Shown piece after piece: positions 1 through 13,000 of a stretch of DNA of 64,000 bases. Each line of letters begins with the position of its first letter. The stretch's first letter is position 1. Made by a program: the position numbers and the translations under genes. Location of the stretch: the NCBI GenBank assembly GCA_030141605.1, contig JAQGDQ010000018.1, forward strand, positions 930,001 through 994,000, written 5' to 3'. The notes beneath the pieces are model-generated. The model did not search any database and was not told the DNA's origin. It saw nothing but the letters and a program-made list of their open reading frames with translations. This stretch comes from Tubiluchus corallicola. Its lineage: Eukaryota; Animalia; Priapulida.

Positions 1-427
1 GTTTTAAAGATTTCCAAACAAATTTTCGAATCATTAATGAAAAGCAGTCTTGCAGGGATCATGCATATTGCTTCGTTTTGTTCTGCAGTAAAAATGCTAA
101 TTTGTTTAAAGATTGTGTACGGAAATCACAGCCAAAAAAATTAAGATAATTCATATTGCATGCTTTATCAAACGTAGTAATGGTAAAAAAAGTGTGTAGT
201 CGAGTTATGCGAATCCATAATTATAGCTTTTAGTTTCAATCGAATTTAAAAAAATCATTCTAAGCAGTTCAAATAACATTCAATGCTCATTGCTCACCCC
301 TACTTATAACTAACTATATATTATCTATACGATTTATAAGTCATTTTCAGCGGTTCACTGGCTCCACTTCACCTTTTCAAAGGTGAGCACAACCTATTGA
401 GTGTGCAAGAGTAGATTATTTTCCAGT

Positions 428-593
428 ATGTTTTTCCTGTTAATGGTTTAAGAAAGACAATACAGCAAGTGATGTTATAAAACTGATAATTGTTAACTAT
501 ACATGCAGTCATACAATGCAATCTTGAGTGTGTGTAAAAGGCCTATAAGATTTGCAATAGCAACAAACGAAAATTGACCTAGAAATTCGCGAC
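428..593 (+). repeat. Copy 1 of a diverged direct repeat of about 165 bp (copy 2 is 966-1049 plus 1791-1869)
   Basis: Shared strings tttcctgttaat.gtttaagaaagacaatacagcaagtgat, gcagtcatacaatgcaatcttgag, aaaaggcctata, tttgcaatagc.acaaac.aaaattgac. Confidence 0.9.
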
Positions 594-794
594 TTGCAAT
601 CACTACAGTACCTATTTTGATTTTCAACATCAGTGTTTCGAAGATTTTGCACATTGATTTATCAGCCGAGCAAGTGAGCCCGTGGTCTCAGCCTCAGTAG
701 CTGCAGTGAGGTTGTACCGTTGTAGACAGTTTTAATACGGTTACTTGTCAGATGCTTGCAATAGACGTACTGGGCATTCGTTGAAAACGACTTA

Positions 795-2250
795 GGTCGC
801 GTTTCCACTGCGTCCGCACATTCATTGATTTTTCTGTTTGCCCGTTTTACGTCCGCAAAAGTTGTTCCCACACACAACCGTCCTCATTACTCACTATTCG
901 TATTACGATGCTGCAAAAATTTCAGCGCGTAATCAAGATATGGGACTTTTTGAGGAGACAGAGGCATGTATTTCCTGTTAATTGTTTAAGAAAGACAATA
1001 CAGCAAGTGATATTATACAGCTGATAACTATACACGCAGTCATACAATGGGTGCTATTACACTTTCGCACCGCCTAGTTTTTCCTAGGTTATTACTCGTT
1101 TCTAGGCTCGTACGTCATTATTCTATTATTCTTACGTCATCAGTGAATGTTTCCGCTAATCTAATTGTAATTTAATCATATATTTAGGTATAATTACCAA
1201 TAATTACGCTGTATTCACAGTTCTACACGTATCGCCATCTTGTTTGTGTGTGTAGTCACGTGACGAATTTCGTACTAGTTTATGCATTATCAGGGCCTAG
1301 CTTAAAAGCACGTGACACACTTTCATCTTCACCACATCTACGAAATAAAGAAAAAACCTTTACTTTTTTTATAATCTAATACTATAGTAAATAATACTAC
1401 AGTAATAAATAAAATTAATGATAAATAACTGTAGTCGTCTAAAATAATTCCCTCGTATATGCCAGCTTGGGTCCCGTGGCTGCAACCCTAATAATCATAA
1501 ATTATGCGAAGAAACTAAAAATACGTGTTGAGGGCCACATCGTCACTGCGCGAGAGCGATTGCGCATTAGTGGTGTAAACACAGTTATTCACCTGCAGCT
1601 TTTTGCGCAATGGCGGCGGTAAGTAATGTATGATTTTAATCTGGAATTATAAAGCCTAAAAAGCAATAATATTATGGGAATATGGTGTATATTACGCCTG
1701 TTGGTCTGCTTTCTGGCCTGCAGGCGTGAAAACAACCAATAGGCCAGGAAAAGCTAGGCGGTGCGAAAGTGTAATAGCGCCCATACAATGCAATCTTGAG
1801 AAAGTGCAAAAGGCCTATATGTTTTGCAATAGCTACAAACAAAAATTGACTGAGTAGAAATTCTGAGACAGTAGTGTCTTATACCATAAATTTGACAAAA
1901 TGCATTGAAAAAAGAATTGCAAAATCAAACCCAAGTTTTTGGAAATGCTGAAAAAGCAAAACTAATATCAAAAACTAAATATTTGTTCTTTATTACTGTC
2001 CCTAAAAGCTATTTCAACTCACATCAGTCTTGTGACACCTCTGTGACTGTGACTCTTTAGGGTCCTTTTGTCATATAGGGAGGGTCTAAACTCTACAGCA
2101 TTTGTAGAAACAAACTTTTACGTCCGAAGATGCAATGGAAACGACCAGTGCGAAAAACAATAATTGCAAAAATTCGCTATTGCTTCAATTTTTCCGTGTG
2201 AGTGACGCAGAAAAATTCCGTGTCTGCGCGGACTCAGTGGAAATGTAACC
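795..2250. mobile_element. Probable PIF/Harbinger-type non-autonomous element
   Basis: Inverted ends ggtcgcgtttccactgcgtccgcaca (795-820) and 2225-2250 match at 21 of 26 positions, with TTA on both sides (792-794, 2251-2253). The two ends could also come from separate copies. Confidence 0.55.
1050..1781. mobile_element. 732-bp non-autonomous TIR element with a 9-bp target site duplication (Mutator- or Merlin-like)
   Basis: TIR ggtgctattacactttcgcaccgcctag (about 36 bp, few mismatches). Perfect TSD catacaatg at 1041-1049 and 1782-1790. The empty site is seen once at 510-518 in the paralogous repeat. Confidence 0.93.
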
Positions 2251-2379
2251 TTAAGAGTGCAAACTAGTGCAGAGAAGCTGAAAGTTAATAATCTTAATTT
2301 TTTTTACATTATTAGTTATTATTAACATAACATCTTGATTGCAAAATCTAAGAGACCTAATCGTAGTATGGTTTTTGAG

Positions 2380-3060
2380 GCTCTGTTCTCAATGATTTTT
2401 GAAACGAGCCGGATTTTATGCTTCAGCAATTTCACTATTAAGTGAATTCCAATGGCCCATGAGAAAAAAAGCAATAGGCTCTGACATTAGTGTGAGAGAG
2501 TGTAGTACAAATGAATTAGAGCTGTATTCATGTATATGACATAGTGCTATAAAATATCACTACATAAAGTTGAATTGCCACTGACGACTTTATAGCAGTC
2601 AAGATCTATAGCTTCATAGCAATTTTTAAAAGAAGAATACTCTGTCTAGGCCAGACTGATACATCTCCATTCAGTTCCTTCTAAAGCATTCTGTAGAGCA
2701 ACACACCGAGGTGACATACAACGCATGCGCCACAAGCACTGATCTAACTAGCTTTGTACAGAGGTACAGTAACCTTTGTACTACGTAATGAAATGCAACA
2801 TTTTATTATTCCAGTGCGTCTGTTAGCCTGAGCAGTAATATGCTCAATGTGGGAGTTACATTTGAGGTTATTTGAAATTAATATTCCCAAATCACATGTA
2901 ACTGGTTTTTCTTCAATAACACCATCTCTCATGTAATAAGGCATTGTAGAATTAGAATGAATGTGAAGTGTGCTGCCTTTACTGCGTTTGAGGGACAAAA
3001 ACCACTTGTCACATGATCGCTCAATTTCAGGCAGGCCTGCTTGTAATATCTCTTGAGCAG
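2380..3060 (-). mobile_element. Decayed 3' part of a CR1/L2-like non-LTR retrotransposon ORF2
   Basis: ORF 2744-3100 reads DLGILISNNLKCNSHIEHITAQANRRTGIIK..VPLYKA, typical of the post-RT region. A frameshifted FFS..WNSL-like remnant lies near 2440-2470. Boundaries are approximate. Confidence 0.75.
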
Positions 3061-4017
3061 GGGTACTTCTAATTGGGAGGTTAAGGTTTAATATCATCAA
3101 TAATGGTATTTTACCTCGTCATGTATGTATCTCTTATGTATACATAAGGGTATACACATGTATATCCCCTTATGTATCTATGAATACACAGTGAATAACG
3201 TCATTGATAAAAATGAAAAAACACCACAAAAAAGGCAAATTGATTGTCAGTAAAGTCAATGAATTACTTCAAAATTATTTTATAAATGATTTCAAAATGA
3301 TGATAGTGAATTCATACAAATATGACAATTATATCAGTTGAGAATTGATCAAGCTTCTTTAGTACTTTGATAAAGGCTATGTAAATGTGTGTATAGAATA
3401 CAATAAACAATTATGTAGTTTGAATAAATTTACTAGAATACCAAAAAAATGCTGTGTGCTAAAGATAAGAGTTACACGTGCACAAATTGTAGCTAGCTAT
3501 AATATCTAAACTAAGTTGATATGAGATAAAACTCAGAACACCTGGTTGCTTGCTGACATGCTTTTACTAATTAGATGACGTAATGGTCATGTGACATTAA
3601 ACAGTGAAGATACTATACTAGCTTTAATGGCATATGGTATTGCTGTTTCACCTGTTTGTGTATTCTTGGCATTATAATGGAATTGGTAAATAATTTCCTG
3701 TCTGTTGACAGACCATGCAAAGGGCCAGTTGGCCTCCAAAACTTGATAACTGTTTGCCATGTTCATCAGTTAATTAGATTTTGACTATTGCCAGAGTTTG
3801 TAAACCATTGCTGCTTATTTCATAATCATAGTCATAGTCTAATTAATTAACGATATCATTAATTGATTGCCAGCTAATTTGAGAAAAGTGTTTCCCATTT
3901 TTTATGCTTGATGTCTTTCAGTATGAATGAATTAGTTCCATTCAGTTAGTTGTACATTAACTGCTTTTTAACACTTAAAAACAGGGTCAGTCTCCTGAGA
4001 GTTTTGAAGTAGCTGCA

Positions 4018-7000
4018 ATGGCTAGTAGTACTAGCAGCCCAAGACCAAGAGAAAAGATGCAGCGGTCAGTAACAAACAAGTATCTGTTACTGGAAGATAA
4101 ATATGGCAAAAGGAAAGGCCATAGTAGCATGGCTCGTCAAATCATTGAAAGCGAAATTCAGTTGCTAAAGGTATTAAACTTTTTCATTAGTATAAATATA
4201 TCGTCTAATGGTAAATTGTCATTAACTGGTATAGGTGTACTAATGTTTAACAATGTTTGCCATGTTTGTACGAATATTGTTCAAATCTAGTAATGTTTTA
4301 TGTAAAACAACTGCAAACAACGGCCACTTACGATATCTAAGGCATCTGGCTATTGGTGATGTCTGCTTCATTTACATAGTTCACTGTTGCTAAGGCTAAT
4401 TTTGAATTTGTGACCTCTACATTTGTTGGGGCAACTTGGCGTAATAGTTTCAGTTCTACTGGTCAAATTTTATTTTCTGACATTCTGGATGGTATCATGG
4501 TACTATGATTTTCACTTTGTTCCACACACACTGCTAGCAATAAAGTGCTGCTTTATGTATATATATTATTTATTTATATGCTTTATACTCATTTTATTTT
4601 ATTAAAACATTTAAACTTTAATTTTTCACAAATTTAAATTATCGAACAAGTTTGTATCGGTTCTTTAGAAAAATAAATGGTCTGACAATTTATATACAAA
4701 TGGTACTTTTTAATGACAGAATAAAATGAAAGCAATAAAGATGTATATGAGAAATAACCAGCATTTCGAGTTCATTAACAATTATACTTGTTCACTTTCT
4801 AGGGAAGCCTTTTTGTCGAGTGCAGCAAGTCCGACAACAAGCTAGTTGACAAGAAGTTATTAGTATCAATGGAGAAAGAAGATGTCACACTAGAATGTCC
4901 ATTGTCTGATTTGCTACAGCTTACTACCGAAGAAGCCAATTTGTTATTAGCTGTTACAACTCGGACAGATAGAATGAAGGTAATATACATAAATTTGCAG
5001 GAAGTTTTTTTGAAGCTGCTTCTAATAATTATTGTGAGAAAATTCTTGTAAGGAAAGTCAGTTTACTTGCTGTTGCTGATTACAACCAAATATCAATTCC
5101 AAAGTCAAACCCAAAGAATTGCTGCATCAATTTTGGAGCCACAGTCTCAAAATTTTGGCATTTGAATATTGATTGCTAATTGCTGATAGAATGTTTTCAT
5201 CTGTCTTGATCAACTCCCACCTTTTCTGCTATTTTGAATGATGGTCATCACATGTAAACTTTGATTACATGAAAAAAAGAATTACCGTATATACTCGCAT
5301 ATAAGCCTACATCGCATATAAGCCGACCCCCTAAAACTGCTTTAAAATGGCCAGTTTTTGCAAAAACCCATATATAAGCCGACCATCAACTTGTCTAATT
5401 TTACTACATACCCAATCAACAAAATTGATCCCTTTTTGTCACATTTTGTTACGTTTTCTTTTTTCTCCAGGCATGGTGTATTGCACAAATAATTTTACAA
5501 CTAAAATTATCAAAATTCAGCACACTTTTAAATTCTGTGGCCGCGTGCTCACGTTTGCCTCAGTTTGCCTCATTGGTTTGCTGTTCCTCTATAAGCCACG
5601 TGACCCTCGTCTCCCCACGTGCTGCCTACCAATTGGCTGATGACGTCGGCTTGGTTACGGCTCGCAACTGGTGACACACAGTGGTGTATTGCTAAATAAA
5701 AAGTAGGTGGACGGCTAGTCTTAGGACTTACCATTTTACATTCACAAATTTGAAAGAAATTGACATTATTTAAAACCGTTTTTTGAAAAAATGAAAACAA
5801 GTAGATTTAATATTAAACCCGTATACATTTTTAATATTTTTTATCTAATGAATACAAAGAGCAGACATTTATTGAAATGTGAATTTTTTCTAAAAAAAAA
5901 GTGGGTGGACGGCGATCCCCCTCCAATACACCACTGGTGACACACAACCAAATAAAGAGTCAGATAGCGATGAAAATGTGTGGCTGGAAAATTGGCATTA
6001 GTGTCTGTCCTTGTGTTCATTTTGTTTCATGCGCATATAAGCCGACCCCCTGATTTCAGTATTGTATTTTATAGTTCTAAATTCGGCTTATATGCGAGTA
6101 TATACGGGAAAAGGAAATGTTTAATCAAATTTCTAATCAAATAGAAATTTGTTTACATGAAAAAGAGAATCATTTATTGATTATAGATTCGTTATTTGGA
6201 AAAATGCCGGTTTAGAAATCCTTGGCACGAAAATAATAGCTTTGAAATCGCTTTGAGCCAAATAGGTTCTGTTACAAATAGGTTTTGATGGTTTTTGTTA
6301 TTTCTGGATTGCTGCACTTATGTCGACTTATAATCTCATTTTTGCCGTAAAATCTCATTATTTTATACTTTATATATCAATTGCTGCAAGTTCCGCAAAA
6401 ATAGGATTTGTAAGCGAAAAAATGTCCTCATTTTTAGGTCCCCTGACTTTAGTCAGTAAGGAGACCTATTGCTGTCATGAGGCGTCTGTCTTTCATCGAG
6501 CACCACATTCGACTTAATTTTCTAAAATTAGCCAAAACCTTTTGTCTCAGCTCATAGACTTTTGGTGTGTAGCAACTTTGGCATAAGATGCATGTCAACT
6601 GTCAAAATGAATGACTTAGGGTTGAAAGGTCATGACCCAGAGAACCTTTCAAGTTATGTGGGATTTTGGACATTTTGCTAAAAATTACGTGATGTATGCG
6701 GTAAACAAAAAATGGTTTTATGGCAATTTTGGGCAGTAGATTATATGACATTTTAAAAGTTCAGTAATTGCTAAGGTATACAAGGTTTTATTTTGGCAGT
6801 TGCTTGTGTGTAAAAATGATCAAGTCTTTCAAAACACATAAAGTACATATTCTTTGACAATTTTGGGCCAATTCAGATGTAATACAGAAAACATTGTGAT
6901 GCTAGAATTTTTCACACTGCCAAAATTTGGCCCACCTAAGGTAATCCAAAAGTCATTAATAGGGAATGTCTTAATCATATTGAGTAATATATCCAATAAA

Positions 7001-10000
7001 GCTTGCAGTGAGGAGATTTTGACACTAATAAATGTTGGCCTACCTGGGGTCACCTAAAGGTCACCTACAGGGAATCTCTCAAACATATTGTGTAATATAT
7101 CAACTTAAAGCTTTGGGTAAGGTGGGTTTGACAATGCCACATTTTCGTCCAACTAAACATTAAGGTCGGAGAAATAAAGGCTTCTTTTTCATAAAATAAC
7201 ATTCATAAACTAATTAGGTTTTTGAAACTACTCACTTACTCAAATACATAATTGTTTGGCAATTCACTTATGGACTTACTTAGTCATATAGTTACTTTTG
7301 GTCTCATAGCAATAATAACGCATTGTTGTTTTTATCTATGTTCAACTCACTTAATTGATTACAAAATCAAGTTTTTTTAATAACAAGAAATTTTTAATTC
7401 AATTCAAAATAGTTTCAATGAATTTAATTAAATTTACGTATACAACAAAAACAGAAACCATTATAATGTAACAGTTCTTAACACTGCAAACTTTACCCCA
7501 CAGGGGACCTACACCATCATTGACAGTTAAACTTGAATTTAGCACCAAGCTGTCCATAATTGGAGCCATCCTGGCATGCACTTTATCAATAACTTGACTT
7601 TTAAGCTGCAGACTTCAGAAAAAAATTGCATATATCTCTGTTAGAATTACAAATGTGTTTTGGAAGAGAAATGGAAATTTATGTTTTGCTGTTGGCGATC
7701 TTGCAGTATCTCATTATCACTGCTTTTTTATCAGCTGCACCAGAGACATTGCTTTACAAACAGAAGCAAATCTTCTAATCTGTGTATTTCATTTTATTTA
7801 TTGTACATAATAAATAGTATTAGACAGATTGGTAAATATTTGGTCACTCACTATTACAGTATTTGTTACCGTATATGAAGCAAGAATTATTTTTAGTGCA
7901 AGATTTTATTTTTTATTTGATATGTAAATGTTTTTTGACATTAAAAAATTTTGTCAAATTTATTGTGACAGCTAATGTGTGTTGGTCTCACAGATTCTCA
8001 CAGATGATGAATGGTTAAAAGAAGGAAAAACATTAAGTATAGGAAGTGAGGTTGATGTGTGTCTCAGGGACCATTCTTCCTACCATCATGCTAATGGTGT
8101 TGTTAGATACAAGGGTCCTATATCGGGCTACCATGGAACGATGTTTGGTGTTGAGTTACTGGTACGCTGTTCTTTTATATCTGCTTAACATGTATGACCA
8201 ACAGTTTAATATAACTAGATGACTGTTTAGTCTTAACAAGTTTTTTCAGAAACCAGATTCTGGTTTCTGAAAAACTTGAATACAGCTATTATGTAGTTAT
8301 GTACTGTCACTTTAAAGAACCTTTTGTGTTCTACAATTCCTGTTTCTTGGAAAAAAATAAAGGGAAAATTTTGCATGGTGGTGCTATTCAGCTGCCTTGA
8401 TTTTTTAATTATGTGCGAGCAATATTGATCTAGTGTTTTGTCTGTTGGCTGCAATTATCACTCAGATTCATGCCTTGTCAAAATTTTTAGAATAGCATTA
8501 ATTTTGGAATTGACAATCAACTTTGACGATAGCGGTTAGCTATTTATTGAGACAGTAACATTTCCTGCAGCCACAAAAGCAAATCGGCATTGTATATAAA
8601 ATTTTAAAAAAAATACTCACTTAGTTTAACATGTTCCTAATGCAGACACATAGAAATAGAGGAACAACTGATGGAGTAGTGAAAAAGAAGGAATATTTCA
8701 AGTGTCCACTAAACAGTGGTGTTTTCTTACCATTAAGTCAAGTGCGGAAACGAACAACACGTCGGGCTGAAAATTCAAGTATGTAACCTTTAAATTCCAG
8801 TGACAAATACTGTAAGTTTTTGAAATTATTGCCTAGTAACTGACATGAAGAAGTTTTTTACATTTGAAAATTTTTGTAGTTCCTTAAGTATTGATTATTA
8901 TTGCAGAAAAGCCTCCTCTTGAAGTAAATGATCGGATTGTATGGATGGCGGATGATGGTCCAGAGTATGGTGTTGTGAGGTGGATCGGTGTCATACCTGA
9001 AGAGGGGTCTGACTTGACAGTCGGTGTAGAGTTTGTATGTACATTGCAGTGGGTGCTTAGTTTTAGCAGTAGCTGTGTTCCTTTTTTAATAAATACATTG
9101 AATAGTCTTAAAAACATCCACTACTGTCTTTTTTCTACCAGTGATAAGGATTTGATTAAATTCTTAAATCCTTTTATTCAGTTTGTTTATAGTATCCTAA
9201 AGCTGTTCACAGGTGAGTATAACACGCTTGGTTTCGAAGATTCATTTTCTTCTCATCAGTTGCTAGTTGGAATTAATGTGAAGGAAATACTAATTTTGCA
9301 TCATTGTATCTTTTGTGTGAACAGCTAATCCTTCTGATTAAATAATCTCTTATTTGGAAGAAAGGGTACTTATGCAAATGCTGTTGAAATTAATTAAGAT
9401 ATGAATTATGAATTAAGTTAAATAAAATAGGACGTTTATTGTAGATTTCATTATCTTTGAATTTTAGCTGAATAAAATGCATTTCATTGAAATGATAGTG
9501 CACCTGCGCTCACACCGCTTTGCAATGCTCATTCTTGCAGGATAAGCCAATAGGGACAGGAACAGGAAGATATTTGGATCGACAGTTATTTAAAACTAAG
9601 CCAGGTTATGCATCACTGATTCCTATACTAGGTCTCATGAAAGAAGAAGAATTTCTTCAAATGGCTGGGCCCTCTGAAGTGACAGGTGATTGTTAAATGT
9701 TATAGATATTTTTTTGCATTTTAACAGACAAAAATGTAAAGTAGGTGCAATCTCTGCGTGCCATTGTTGTAGTACTTCGAGTCTGACTCGAGTCACAATT
9801 TGGTTTAGACTTGCTCTCTACTGGGATTTTTGTGCCACCTGATTTGAAGCTTGCCTTGAACTTGTAACAAAATTACTAGTGATTTGACTTGGACTCAAAA
9901 TGATGAAGTACTGACTTTACTAGTGACTCGAACTGCACGTACAGTAAAACAAACAATAATTTCGGGTGTTATAACTAATTACAACATTCTTATTTTTGAA

Positions 10001-13000
10001 AGCGTGTCAATTCCACTTTCGATCGGTGTTTGTGGTCTGTAACCATACACGAATAATATGCCTAAAATGGAATTCTTAAAGCACAGACCAAGGCTCTTGG
10101 GAAGTTGAATTTATTTTAATATTTGCGAAAAATGTTAGTAAGTATCAGATTGTGATAAGCGTCTCGCGTAATTAGTAAGATCAATTTAAAGTCGCTAGCA
10201 AATTTTTTACTGTAGCGGTTACTATTATCATCTACAAACACTCCAAAATGTTAGCGAGAGATTATTAATACTATTTTTTCCTTTTTTATAAATCCTGTTG
10301 CCCAATGTGTATTCAAAACTAGTTACGATGACATTGTATTAAACTCCACGCTAGTTAATGCCAACAAAGCAATAGAGTAATTATTTTAACAAGCTAAAAT
10401 TGAACTTGTTAATTAAATCGCCATGCCCCTTCTTTTTGCTTGCAGCCTCATAGAATTTCATGCTTGCCTGTATATCTTGGTTTGCCGGACAAAAGCGGGA
10501 AGACATCGGTCCGAATTTACCGATTGTGCGTATTTACCAATACTAAGTTAATACAGTAGGCATCGTGTATTAGAGTCACGGCAATGTAGAATCAATTGCC
10601 TAATTGTGTTAAAAACGTCTAGTACAGGCTGCCTCTATGCAAAAGTTTACAAAAACTGTTAGCAATTGACTCAAATAACTCCGCTTAATTGACTCTATAT
10701 TTTTATATATAGAGATATACATGTGGTTACACTGATGTAATGAAGTAAACAATAGTAAACAAAGTGATGGCCTGCCAATTAACAGTCAGCTCGTGAAACA
10801 ACAGACTGTGTCCATAGTATGCAGGACTTTTTAATGGTCCAGATTTTGTCCGATTCTTCCGATGTCTGTAAAAGCGAGGTCTGGCAAACACAGATATGAG
10901 TGTAATTATTATGTGTAGTACTTATGCATTCTGTGGCATAACCTGTGGATTATAGCTGTGTAAGCACTTGGAAGTTGTTGCTAATTGAAACGCCATCTAA
11001 TTTTACATAAACACAATTAAACAGAAAGTTGTGCTAGAAGTAGAATAGAAAAGTTTTGTTACAAGTGCCTTCGTGCCGCTCACCAGCTTACATTTTTTTT
11101 TCAAATATGCCTGCAGCGAGGTTTATTTGGCGGGAGATAAGAATAATTTAAATTTCTTTTGCATTTTATTTGCGTATATTTTGCGGTAACATCAATATTA
11201 TTAAGTGTATATTAAAGTGTTGTTCAAGGGTTGGTTTTTCCTTTAAAGTCTCTTAGTCCACCGCCTATGTTTGTGTCTATGTTGAGTTAAAAACTTTTCC
11301 GTGTTATCACGACGTTAAACATTCACTTAATAGTGCATTAGAAAAATACATCAAACATAGTTTTTTAACAGATGTCTGTTTAAACTGACTGATCAAGTTA
11401 CCCAGGTACTAGTGTGCTTAACTGAACTAATTCAGTAAAAGTGATTCGTTAGTAAAACCACAGAGAGCTCAAGTTGAAAGACAAAAACCTATTTGACATA
11501 GCATTTCTTAAATCTAATTAGTAACTTGAATAACTTCCTGTAGATTGCAATTAGTACTACTGATTGCAATGTCACTTCTAGGTTACGGATACTCAAAATT
11601 GCTGCACTTTTTAGTGTAATCAGTCTATGTGAATAATTAGTTTGCATGGAAAAATGGTCTCACACATAATTTTAAAGTGCATTATTTATGTCTTTTTTCA
11701 GCACTTAATTAGTCTGTGTTTTAAAAATAGTCTGTGTTGTACTGCATAGCGCAGGTCTTGAACGTGTGAAGCAAACGATGGTGAAACTTCAGAATCGACG
11801 GAGATCGGCAGGAGTGGTTTTCTAGACAACTTTTCAAGGCATAATAGTGTTGAGGAACTTCATGTGTTGAATGCCTCCTTGAGGTTTTTCCTCCTAATGC
11901 GACAGATCTGGTGCAACCTGCTGATTTGTTCTTCATTTCTCGGAGAATTTCTTTTTTCATCATTTGTTCATATTCAAGTTACTGGAAAGAAAAAATGAGC
12001 GGGACGAAACTGGAACATGTACGAGACAATCACTGGCAAGATAAAGTCAGCCAGGATGGACGTTGGCTAGGAAAACTTCAGCAGCCAGCAAAGAGTTTTA
12101 TCCTAAACCTGGCAACTGGCTCTGTACATGCAGTGAATGCTTAGTGAGAACAACACGATAGACTTTTGCCAGAAAGACAAGGATATGTGCTGGCCTGGCA
12201 TGGCAAATGAAATGCAACTCATCTGTACCCGGTGTTGTTATAAATCATAGCAAAATACCAAGAAGAGGGTTTAGGTCGATTTCCCAGAAATTTTTTGCTG
12301 CATGTCAAGTTTTTAGGGTGAAATATCTTTCTCAAAGTAATTTGCATTGTATCATTTGCTGCATATAATCACTTCAAATTCAATTGATTTTCATAGGATT
12401 TGAAATAAGATTTAATAAAAATCATCATAAAAAATGAAAAGACCAAGGCTTTGTGAACTAGACAGTTTTGTGAATATCTTGGGGTCGACATTTGTCCAAG
12501 AAATTATGCTCATTCGCAAGATTTTTTACAGATTCTTTTATGGCAGGACCAGACCCTAGTTCATTATCAAGATAATCCTCTGAGATGAGAATATTGAACT
12601 GGTAGAGTCATGGTCAAATTCTGATGCATGTACTTCTCTAGGCACTAAGAAACGAATGAAATAATTTGGAATCACAGCAAAAGTAACTGCCCAAGAGTGA
12701 TATTCCTGAGCTGTCTCCCAACAAATCATTTGCCGGGCTTTGCATTGCTTAACTTTGGTAGCCAGTCACATGCCGTGCTTACTTACTATTGCGTATTTGC
12801 CAAGATCAATATGATTCACTATTTAATTGTACTGACATTACAAATCTGCTTTCTTGCTTTAACAAGTTTGACCGTATGATCCCTATTATTCAATACTGTA
12901 GTTAAAACAAACTACTTTTTATTTCGAATTAACTAACTATGCTTTAAAAATATTTATTACATTTTCTGTGAATTTTATTTTCTATGAAATGACATTTTTG

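Noticed and set aside
662-877. 71-aa minus-strand ORF as a gene
   Set aside because: Non-ATG start, no recognisable motif, and it overlaps a transposon end.
428-1870. Direct repeats read as the LTRs of a TRIM or LTR retroelement
   Set aside because: No primer-binding site or clear polypurine tract, TG..CA ends are not consistent in both copies, and the candidate TSD overlaps the terminus.
12697-12879. ORF similar to 49449-49895, suggesting a small paralogous gene pair
   Set aside because: Both lie inside copies of the same transposon and the frames are not conserved beyond a short stretch.
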